From Verrucomicrobiota bacterium (GTDB lineage Bacteria > Verrucomicrobiota > Verrucomicrobiia > Limisphaerales > Palsa-1400): a DNA stretch of 64,000 nucleotides. Below, piece by piece: positions 49,978 to 58,155 of this stretch. The first letter of the stretch is position 1. Every line of letters begins with the position of its first letter. The translations under genes and the position numbers were made by a program. A model generated the notes under the pieces. That model did no database searches. It saw only the letters and a list, made by a program, of their open reading frames with translations, and was not told where the DNA came from. The stretch is taken from contig JBEKYR010000004.1 of assembly GCA_049510745.1 (NCBI GenBank), positions 32,001 to 96,000 of the forward strand, written 5' to 3'.

Positions 49978-50853
49978 ATGAAGCCAAAAATGACGCCTCC
50001 GGACGAGCGGCGACCCGTCAAACGGGTCGGATTCACCCTCATCGAGTTGCTGGTCGTAATTGCCATCATCGCCATCCTCGCCGCCCTTTTGCTGCCGGCC
50101 CTGTCTTCGGCCAAGGATAACGCCATGAGAACAACCTGTGTCAACAATCTGAAGACAATGGGACATGCCAACCGGATGTATTGCGATGAGAACCGCGATC
50201 TTATGGCCTTTCCCAATTGGGACAGCGGCGAGTATCTGTGGCCGGGCGGAGGCTGGCTTTATACGCTCAATGCCACCACCGCAACGATCCCGGATCCGTT
50301 TCTACCGAAGTACGGAGGAAGCACTGCGTTGGGAGCGGGTGGGGATTCGGCTTGGCTGAGCGGGCTTTGGTTCCACAATTGCCATAACCCGAAATCGTTC
50401 CTCTGCCCCAAGGATATCATGAGCAAGGATTACACCGCGGAGCCGCAAGGAGCGTACGGACCCGGCCGCAACAACAAGCTTTCAAGCTATGTCATGAACG
50501 GCGCGGCGTGCGGTTACCCGAGCGGCGGCCCTCCCTATACCACCTGTAAATCCACTCAGATTTGGAGCGCGGGGTGCTATCTCATGTGGGAGCCGGACGA
50601 GAACACCTTGGGACCGAACAACCCGGGACCTTTCGAGTTCAACGATGGAGCTAATTACCCCTGGGCACCGCCTACTGGCGGAGAGGGAATCGGTCCTCTC
50701 CACAACAAAAGAGGGGGGAATATTCTTGCGGTGGACGGCCACGTGCAGTTCCTGACGACCAACATGTTCCAGCACTTGTCGAACGACAGGGGCGGTGGTC
50801 CCGGCGGAAAAGGATTGCTCTGGTGGAGTCCCTTCTCACTCAATGGACATTGA
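49978..50853 (+). CDS. Prepilin-type/H-X9-DG protein, tandem paralog 2
   Basis: [42 protein letters not shown]. Confidence 0.9.
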   Translation: MKPKMTPPDERRPVKRVGFTLIELLVVIAIIAILAALLLPALSSAKDNAMRTTCVNNLKTMGHANRMYCDENRDLMAFPNWDSGEYLWPGGGWLYTLNATTATIPDPFLPKYGGSTALGAGGDSAWLSGLWFHNCHNPKSFLCPKDIMSKDYTAEPQGAYGPGRNNKLSSYVMNGAACGYPSGGPPYTTCKSTQIWSAGCYLMWEPDENTLGPNNPGPFEFNDGANYPWAPPTGGEGIGPLHNKRGGNILAVDGHVQFLTTNMFQHLSNDRGGGPGGKGLLWWSPFSLNGH

Positions 50854-50970
50854 CGAGGTGTGCCCGGGCGACTCCCAAACAACTGCTTTTTGACTTCCCT
50901 CCCGGCCTCCAGTCCCGCATCATTTCCGCTCATCAAACGAAAAAACCTGAATTGTGACCAAATCTGAACG

Positions 50971-53853
50971 ATGAATCCTATTCCCTCACTCGCACGAAGA
51001 CTGCGCGCGCCGGCCTGCGCCGCGGCGGCGGCTCTAACCCTGGCCTTAAGTTCCTCACTCTTCGCCGACGATGGCTCGCCGCGCCAACGGCTGCTGATGG
51101 ATTTCGGCTGGAAATTCCACTTGGGCAACGAATGGGGCCTGGCCGAGCGATTGGAAAAAGCGGGCGTCAGCACCGGCCCGGCCGCCTCTTCCTTCAGCCA
51201 GGCCCGCTGGCGCACGGTCAATCTCCCGCATGACTGGCTCCCGGAACTGCCTTTCGATCCCAAGGCGGCTGCTGATCACGGCTTCAAGCCTTTCGGTCCC
51301 GGCTTCCCTCAAAACAGCGTCGGCTGGTATCGCCGCACTTTTTCGTTGCCCGAAACCGACAAGGGGCGGCGCCTGCTGCTGGAGTTCGACGGCGTGTTCC
51401 GGGATTGCCGCGTCTTTTTCAACGGCTATTTGATCGGCCACCATGAAAGCGGCTACAGCAGTTTTCGTTACGACATCACCGACCTGGCCAATTGCGGCGG
51501 GAACAACACCCTGGCGGTGCGGGTCGATGCCTCGCAGTTCGAGGGCTGGTTTTACGAGGGCGCCGGCATCTACCGCCATGTCTGGCTGGTCAAGACCGCG
51601 CCGCTCCACATCGCGCCGGACGGCACGTTTGTGTACAGCGAATTTCCTCATAACGTGCCGGGCGACGCGGCGACGGTGCATGTCGAAACGCTCTTGCGCA
51701 ACGCCGGGAGCAACGGCGCCGACGCCACCGTGGCCTGCGAAATCCTGGACCCGGCGGGCAAGCGCGTGGCGCAGTTCAAGCAGGCCGCGCAACTCGAACC
51801 GTGGTCGTCCGGGCAGACGCGCCAGGAAATCCAAATCGCCTCGCCCGCCTTTTGGTCGCCCGAAACCCCGCAATTGTACAAACTCATCACCACCGTCCTC
51901 GCCGACGACGCGGTCGTGGACCGAACGGAGACGGAATTCGGCCTGCGCACCGTAGCCTTCGACGCCGACAAGGGCTTTTTGCTCAACGGCAAGCCATACG
52001 TGCTCAAAGGGACGTGCAATCACCAGGACCACGCCGGCGTCGGCTCCGCCATGCCCGACCGCCTGCAATACTTTCGCGTCAGCCGGTTGAAGGAGATGGG
52101 CGGCAACGCCATTCGGACCTCGCACAACGCGCCCACGCCGGAATTGCTGGAGGCCTGCGACCGCCTGGGTTTGCTGGTCATGGACGAGAATCGGCTCCTG
52201 GGCAGCGACGCCCAAAACCTGGAATACTTCGAGGGCCAATTGCGCCGCGACCGCAATCATCCGTGCGTCTTTATTTGGTCCTTGTTCAACGAGGAAGATC
52301 GGCAAACCACTCCCGCCGCCGCGCGCGTCACCGAAACCATGCAGCGCCTGGCACACCGCCTGGACCCGACTCGCCTTTGCACCGCGGCCGGTAACGTGGG
52401 CAATGTTTTCGATGGCGTCAACAGCGTGATTGATGTCCGGGGCTGGAATTATTATCCGGATGACGTGGATGCGTACCACAAAGCGCATCCCGCGCAGCCG
52501 GAGATCGGCACCGAGCAGGCCAGCACCGTGGGCACGCGCGGCATTTACGCCAACGACCCGGCGCGCGGGTATGTCAGCGCCTACGATACCAACGCGCCCT
52601 CGTGGGCCAACAGCGCGGAGAAATGGTGGACCATCTATGCCGCCCGGCCCTGGCTGTCGGGGGCGTTTGTCTGGACGGGCTTCGATTATCGCGGCGAGCC
52701 GACACCCTATGGCTGGCCGTGCATCAATTCGCATTTTGGCATCCTGGATACGTGCGGCTTTGCCAAGGACAATTTCTACTACTACCAATCCTGGTGGAGC
52801 GACCGCACGGTCCTGCACTTGCTGCCGCATTGGAACTGGCCCGGCAAGGAGGGGCAGGAAATCGACGTGCGCTGCCTGGGCAATTGCGAGGAGGTCGAGT
52901 TGTTCCTCAACGGCCAAAGCCTTGGCCGCAAGGCCATGCCCAGGAATTCCCACCTGCAATGGAACGTCCCCTACGCCCCCGGCGTCCTGCTGGCCAAAGG
53001 CTACAAGGCCGGCCAGGTGATCGCGGAAGACAAGGTCGAAACCACCGGCGCGCCGGCGGCGATCAAACTGACCCCCGACCGCGCCTCCATCGACGCCAAC
53101 GGCGAAGACATCGCCATCCTCAAAGTCGCGGTCACAGACGCCGAGGGACGCCTCGTGCCCGTGGCGAACAATCTTATTGACTTCGCCTTGAGCGGCCCCG
53201 GCAAGATCATCGGCGTGGGCAACGGCGATCCGAGCTGCCACGAGCCTGACGTCTATGTCACCGCGCCGCCGGGCCACCAGGTCGCGCTCAAGGACTGGCG
53301 CATGATACGGGTGCCCAGCGCCCGGGACCGGGCCGAGGTGGCGGAAAAGTTTGATGACAGCCAATGGCAAACCGTGGACGTGAACAGCCAGGAAGGCCCG
53401 CTCGCGCCCGACGAATCCGCCGTGTACCGCGCCACCTTCACGGCCACGCCGGACATGCTGGCCGCGCCATCCGTGGCCCTCAGTTTTGGAATGATCGACG
53501 ACGACGGCTGGGTCTATGTCAACGGCCAGCGGGCCGGGGAATCCCACGATTGGACGGCGTCGCCCTCGTTCGAGGTGCGGAAGTTTCTGCATGAGGGCGC
53601 GAATTCGATCGCGGTCGCGGTGAAAAACCACGACGGTCCGGGCGGCGTCAACAAGGGCGTTTCGCTGGACATTGAGGATCAACCGATCGAGCCGCAATGG
53701 AAGCGGAGCGTCTTCAACGGCCTGGCCCAGGTGATAATTCAAGCCGGCACGGAACCCGGCGCGCTGGCCCTGACCGCCCGCGCCGAAGGACTCAGCTCCG
53801 CCACCGCCGGGATTTCCGCCGGACCGGCCGTCCCCCGCCCTGCCCTGCCCTGA
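50971..53853 (+). CDS. Secreted GH2 beta-galactosidase-like glycoside hydrolase
   Basis: LPHDW, GWYRRTF, EGWFYEGAGIYRHV, NHQDHAGVG, RTSHN, RDRNHP..WSLFNEE, WTGFDYRGEP. Confidence 0.93.
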   Translation: MNPIPSLARRLRAPACAAAAALTLALSSSLFADDGSPRQRLLMDFGWKFHLGNEWGLAERLEKAGVSTGPAASSFSQARWRTVNLPHDWLPELPFDPKAAADHGFKPFGPGFPQNSVGWYRRTFSLPETDKGRRLLLEFDGVFRDCRVFFNGYLIGHHESGYSSFRYDITDLANCGGNNTLAVRVDASQFEGWFYEGAGIYRHVWLVKTAPLHIAPDGTFVYSEFPHNVPGDAATVHVETLLRNAGSNGADATVACEILDPAGKRVAQFKQAAQLEPWSSGQTRQEIQIASPAFWSPETPQLYKLITTVLADDAVVDRTETEFGLRTVAFDADKGFLLNGKPYVLKGTCNHQDHAGVGSAMPDRLQYFRVSRLKEMGGNAIRTSHNAPTPELLEACDRLGLLVMDENRLLGSDAQNLEYFEGQLRRDRNHPCVFIWSLFNEEDRQTTPAAARVTETMQRLAHRLDPTRLCTAAGNVGNVFDGVNSVIDVRGWNYYPDDVDAYHKAHPAQPEIGTEQASTVGTRGIYANDPARGYVSAYDTNAPSWANSAEKWWTIYAARPWLSGAFVWTGFDYRGEPTPYGWPCINSHFGILDTCGFAKDNFYYYQSWWSDRTVLHLLPHWNWPGKEGQEIDVRCLGNCEEVELFLNGQSLGRKAMPRNSHLQWNVPYAPGVLLAKGYKAGQVIAEDKVETTGAPAAIKLTPDRASIDANGEDIAILKVAVTDAEGRLVPVANNLIDFALSGPGKIIGVGNGDPSCHEPDVYVTAPPGHQVALKDWRMIRVPSARDRAEVAEKFDDSQWQTVDVNSQEGPLAPDESAVYRATFTATPDMLAAPSVALSFGMIDDDGWVYVNGQRAGESHDWTASPSFEVRKFLHEGANSIAVAVKNHDGPGGVNKGVSLDIEDQPIEPQWKRSVFNGLAQVIIQAGTEPGALALTARAEGLSSATAGISAGPAVPRPALP

Positions 53854-53863
53854 CGCCAATCTG

Positions 53864-54026
53864 GAAAACCGAGTCAACCGCGAAATACTCGCGAAGTTTG
53901 GAATAGGCCCATCTGGATGGTCTTATCCGTGTTAATCCGTGTCCATCCGTGGTTGAAAAAAATTGGGTTGCGGCTGCCGCGCTGAGTATTTCGCATATTT
54001 CGCGGTTTTAAAAAATCCTCAGGCGA
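53864..54026. repeat. Dispersed CGCGAAA-type element, copy 2, with a nested CACGGAT-type arm
   Basis: Ends gaaaaccgagtcaaccgcgaaatac and tatttcgcatatttcgcggtttt(a6)tcct..ggcga match the reverse complement of 29214-29310; interior atccgtgttaatccgtgtccatccgtggttgaaa matches the GxxExxY cassette arm. Confidence 0.85.
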
Positions 54027-54045
54027 TTGGGGGCCGCAAAACTTC

Positions 54046-54074
54046 TTGCCAGGACGGGCGGGGGAAATTAGATT
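54046..54074 (+). promoter_or_regulatory. Putative sigma-70 promoter of tRNA-Thr
   Basis: TTGCCA-17 bp-TAGATT ending 15 bp upstream of the tRNA. Confidence 0.5.
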
Positions 54075-54089
54075 ATGGCTCCTTGGGAC

Positions 54090-54165
54090 GCCAGTTTAGC
54101 TCAGTTGGTAGAGCAATGCTTTCGTAAAGCATGGGTCGCCGGTTCAAGTCCGGCAACTGGCTCCA
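54090..54165 (+). tRNA. tRNA-Thr(CGT)
   Basis: 76-nt cloverleaf GCCAGTT..AACTGGC-T-CCA; anticodon arm ATGCT-TTCGTAA-AGCAT; GGTTCAAGTCC T-arm. Confidence 0.96.
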
Positions 54166-54329
54166 GCCTCCGCGCTGCGCGCTACGGCTGGCAAGCCCGC
54201 CTTCGATTGAGGCAATGGCAGGTAATGGCGGCGTTGGTAATTTGAAAGCGCGAAGGCTGCCCGCCGTCTTGTCCGCCATAGTTTTAACGGCGGCGGAAGC
54301 TCGCGCAGCGCGACGGCGGGTTTCAAATC

Positions 54330-54856
54330 ATGACCAAATTCCATTACGTTTACGTCCTGCAATCGCTCTCCCATCGGAACCAGATTTATGGTTCCTCGAC
54401 GTTTTCAGTGGAATGGAAATGGTGCGTTCATCCAATCGCAGCCAATAACCGTTCTACAATCCCAAAGGGATTGAATGACTCAGCCCAGGGTTGGCCGATT
54501 CCGAGAGGCCTACCCTGGGTAGTTGCATTCGAGTGACACAACCCTGAAAGGGTTGAATATCAATGGCTTAGGAAACAGAGTCAACCCTTGCAGGGTTGTG
54601 ATTCTTCTCTGATCTTACCCAGGGTAGCTCGTGCCCCCGCCTTCGCTGCGCTACGGCGCGGCCAGTCGCAACCCTGGGCTGCAAGATTCAATCCCGTTGG
54701 GATTGGCAAAACCAATCACGACCCTCCAAACGTCGCTGTTCATTCCACTGGAATCGTCGCGGAACCAGATTTATACCGGGATCACTTGCGATTTGAAACT
54801 GCGCCTGGCGGAGCACAATTCGGGAAGGGTTTCGCACACTTCCAAATTCACGCCCA
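54330..54856 (+). pseudogene. GIY-YIG nuclease, interrupted by a MITE and 3'-truncated
   Basis: Removing 54390-54774 restores MTKFHYVYVLQSLSHRNQIYTGITCDLKLRLAEHNSGRVSHTSKFTP. Confidence 0.88.
54390..54766. mobile_element. 377-bp MITE with 26-bp TIRs, 8-bp TSD and internal palindromic repeats
   Basis: ggttcctcgacgttttcagtggaatg / cattccactggaatcgtcgcggaacc; TSD agatttat at 54382-54389 and 54767-54774; inner caaccctgaaagggttg, agcccagggttg..caaccctgggct. Confidence 0.88.
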
Positions 54857-55000
54857 AGGTCCGTTGCAGTTCATCCGGGGGAGCGCGCGCGCCCTCGCGT
54901 GCAGCGGTCGGCGCCCCCGCCGACCGCTTCTTCGCTCTCCTATCCAAATTGTATAGGTCATCGCTCGGCGGTAAAGCCGCGTTAAGCGAGAGTTCTGGGT

Positions 55001-55234
55001 CAAATCACCGGCATGTCCCTGCACAGCCACCGCCACGCTTGGGCGGAACGAGCCAAGACAGTCGGGATGCCCGAACGGTTCGCACAGCAGGCGCTTGGGC
55101 ACAGTTCCAAGCCGTTTGCGCGGGCGTATTCCAGTAAGGCTAAGGTTATTGTCCCGTCGCTGGAGGATTACGAGACGAAAGTCGTCCCCATGCCGATGGC
55201 GGTGAATCAACAATTTTCTATCACGGCGCGCTGA
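55001..55234 (+). pseudogene. C-terminal remnant of a tyrosine recombinase/integrase
   Basis: SLHSHRHAWAERAK..PERFAQQALGHSS..ARAY, matching box II H-x-x-R...LGH...Y. Confidence 0.78.
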
Positions 55235-57524
55235 TACGATAGTAGCGCGCCGCATAACCGACTTCCAACGGCTCGCTGAAATACACCAAACCGTTGGTGA
55301 GCGTGAGCGTTTGGAGCGGGCTCCACAGAGGATTGGCTAAATCCGTGCAGGCTTCCACCACTATGGGAATATTTGGGGTGCCGGTAATGTTAAATCCAAA
55401 TTGAGTGCCCTGCGTTCCAAAGTTCGTTCCACTGGTTTGAATCAGCGGATTCCACAATACGGCCGGAAGACCGCCATAAAAGAAAAAATTACCCCAACCA
55501 ACGGTTCCGGGAAGATAAAAGGCTATCGCGTACTGGTCCAAGTAGAACGCAGAAGTAGGTGCGCCGGGAGGGCCGGTGGGAACATTCGGAGCATTGCCCG
55601 CAAAATAAATGCCGGTTAAGTTGACGCACGACCAGAATGCCCCACTCTTTATGGTGGAGACACTTTTGGGTATGTTCACGTTCGTCAGGCTCGCGCAATG
55701 ATTGAACGCATACGCCCCAATATTCGTGACGCTACCCGGTACTGTAACGCTCGTCAGGTTCGTGCAGTAGTCGAACGCACCGGTTCCGATGCTCGTCACG
55801 CCATACTCGATCGCAGCGCTCCTCAGGCCATTGCAGTTCGTGAACACGTACATTCCGAAGTTGGTCACGCTACCGGGAATGATGACGCTGGCAAGGCCGG
55901 TACAGGAATCGAAATCGTAGTCGCCAATGCTGGCCACGCCGTTGGCAATCGTTACGTTGGTCAAACCTGAACAGGAATCGAAAACATATATCCCAATGGT
56001 GGTAACGCTGCCAGGGATCTCGATATTGCTTAAGCTTTCACATCCTCGAAAGGCGTAATCTCCAATGTTCGTGACGCCGACGGGAATTGCCACACTGGCC
56101 AGGTGACTGCATCCTTCAAAGGCAGACGGTTCGAGGATCATTACTCCATTGGAAATCGTCACAACGGCCAGATTGGTGCAGAACTTAAATGCCGAATTCC
56201 CAATGTCGCCAATACTGCCTGGTATGGCGATGTTGGTCAGGTTACAACAGTATTCGAACGCAGCTTGGCCAATGCTCGTAACGCTATCCGATATAGTGAC
56301 ATTCATCAGGCCGGTACAGTATTCGAACGCAGCCTTCTGAATGGTAATGACGCTGTCGGGTATCGTGACGTTCGTCAGGCCACCACAAAATTCAAACGCA
56401 GCCTCCCCAATGTTGGTCACACTGTCAGGCAACGCAACGCTGGCCAGATTAATACACTCGGCGAAAGCGCCATCTCCGATGTCGGTGGTGCCGGTCGCAA
56501 TCGTCACATTTGTCAGGCTACCGCAGACTGTAAGAACATTCACTCCAAAGTTGGTAATAGCTCCCAAAATTGCGGCGCTCGTCAGGTTAGAGCAGTACGC
56601 GAAGGCATAATCACCGACGCTCGTAACGCCACTCGGAATGGTGATGTCCGTCAGACCAGTACACGAAAAAAACGCATAATCCCCGATGCTTATAAGGCTC
56701 CCAGGCATCGTGATGTCCGTCAAATTGGTGCAGTAATCGAACGCGCCGTCACTAACCGCGCTGACGCCGTCCGGTATCGTATAACTTCCGCTCAATCCAT
56801 TTGGATATTGAAAAAGAGTGGTTTGGCCTTTGTCGAACAACACCCCACTCAGGCTGCTATAATTCGGATTGTCTTGGTCCACCGTAATCGCCGTCAGCGC
56901 AGCGCACGAAGCGAATGCAGAATTCCCGATGTTGGTGACGTTAGCAGGAATCGTAACACTTGTGAGACCGGTACAACCGTAAAACGCCTCTTCACCGATG
57001 ACTGAGACGCCGTTGGGAATCAGCAAATTTGTCAATCCCGTGCAGCTCTGAAACACGCCAACGTCGATGTTGGTGACGCTATCTGGAATCGTGATGCTGC
57101 TAAGACTTCTGCAGTCCTCGAACGCATTGGCACCAATTCTGGTTACGCCGTTACCGATGGTGACATCTGTTAGCACAAAGTCGTTGAAGAACGCACCCCC
57201 TCCAAAATTGGTGACGCTCCCAGGAATTGAAACGCTGGTTAAGTTGTAACAAAAATAGAATGCATAATCCCCAATGCTGGTGACGCTGTCGGGAATCGCC
57301 ACGCTAGTCACGTTGTGACCAAAAACAGGCTCACCAACGCCAATCCCAGTGACCAGCAAATTGCTGATGTTGTTTGGAATCGTTATATCGCCACCGGGCC
57401 CGCTGTAACTGGTTATGGTGATGCTCACGCTGTCGGTGTTCGTCTCGTACTCGAATTCGGCTTGCACCAGCGGTGGTGCGGTCAGGAGCAACGCAACCAA
57501 CAGGGCGAGGACGATTCCTTTCAT
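55221..57524 (-). CDS. BspA-type leucine-rich-repeat (LRR_5) surface protein
   Basis: Signal peptide; more than 20 repeats of C..LT.VTIP.SVT.IG..AF; more AT-rich than the backbone. Confidence 0.93.
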   Translation of the reverse strand: MKGIVLALLVALLLTAPPLVQAEFEYETNTDSVSITITSYSGPGGDITIPNNISNLLVTGIGVGEPVFGHNVTSVAIPDSVTSIGDYAFYFCYNLTSVSIPGSVTNFGGGAFFNDFVLTDVTIGNGVTRIGANAFEDCRSLSSITIPDSVTNIDVGVFQSCTGLTNLLIPNGVSVIGEEAFYGCTGLTSVTIPANVTNIGNSAFASCAALTAITVDQDNPNYSSLSGVLFDKGQTTLFQYPNGLSGSYTIPDGVSAVSDGAFDYCTNLTDITMPGSLISIGDYAFFSCTGLTDITIPSGVTSVGDYAFAYCSNLTSAAILGAITNFGVNVLTVCGSLTNVTIATGTTDIGDGAFAECINLASVALPDSVTNIGEAAFEFCGGLTNVTIPDSVITIQKAAFEYCTGLMNVTISDSVTSIGQAAFEYCCNLTNIAIPGSIGDIGNSAFKFCTNLAVVTISNGVMILEPSAFEGCSHLASVAIPVGVTNIGDYAFRGCESLSNIEIPGSVTTIGIYVFDSCSGLTNVTIANGVASIGDYDFDSCTGLASVIIPGSVTNFGMYVFTNCNGLRSAAIEYGVTSIGTGAFDYCTNLTSVTVPGSVTNIGAYAFNHCASLTNVNIPKSVSTIKSGAFWSCVNLTGIYFAGNAPNVPTGPPGAPTSAFYLDQYAIAFYLPGTVGWGNFFFYGGLPAVLWNPLIQTSGTNFGTQGTQFGFNITGTPNIPIVVEACTDLANPLWSPLQTLTLTNGLVYFSEPLEVGYAARYYRISAP

Positions 57525-57626
57525 TCGATTGGAATATTCTGCAACCCACCAACCGAAATCAATAATAATCCGACGAGAAATGACACATTTTTGCGGTTTT
57601 ACTCGCCAAAAACGGTCACGAAGTTA

Positions 57627-57863
57627 TCACGCCGCTGCAGATCGGGCAGCGAGCGCAAGTTGCTCATTTTGTAATCCATTCCGAGCATTCTCCTTTTGAC
57701 GCCCATTTCTTTTATGCTAATGCCGGCTGATCGTTTGCGTCATTCTTGCCAGCCATGCCCGGTCTTTGGCCATTTCCGTGACCTCTGCCGTCGAAAAGAA
57801 CTTGATCCCGTTTTGCAGCGGGTTTCCGAGCGGTTTGAGCAAACGAGTTGCGCCAAGGATTGG
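57627..57863 (-). pseudogene. Fragment of a small, possibly DNA-binding (excisionase-like) protein of an integrative element
   Basis: PILGATRLLKPLGNPLQNGIKFFSTAEVTEMAKDRAWLARMTQTISRH*HKRNGR with in-frame TAG at 57717-57719; family recognised from memory only. Confidence 0.5.
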
Positions 57864-57930
57864 CGTGTGCTTTCACGCAGTGCGCCTCATCTTCCCCGCG
57901 CGCCCTCTTCGCGTTGGGCCTTCTTTGGCG

Positions 57931-58014
57931 TTGTGACGGCATTGGATGACGGTTTGTGACGGCCAATGTGACGGTCTAAGCCCCTTATTATCAACGGTTG
58001 TGACGGTGTGACGG
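57931..58014. repeat. Cluster of TGACGG direct repeats (iteron-like)
   Basis: Six TGACGG copies, five of them as TGTGACGG, within about 85 bp. Confidence 0.75.
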
Positions 58015-58155
58015 CTTTTCCGATCCCAAGGGTATGCAAGCGCATAAACGGCGCCCGCTAAGAATCCTGGCGGGAGATGGATTTCACACGAATCCCATAG
58101 ACATCCTCAACTTTGTTCTGATACAGTCGCCCGGTTTGAAAAAATCCGGTTCATC

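Noticed and set aside
49035..50853. Diversity-generating retroelement (TR/VR pair)
   Set aside because: Differences are not adenine-specific, both copies are full genes, and there is no reverse transcriptase in the window.
51055..53877. Long antisense ORFs (940 aa here; also 10301-11908, 13227-15062, 27551-29161 and others)
   Set aside because: Shadow frames of GC-rich genes with no recognisable motifs.
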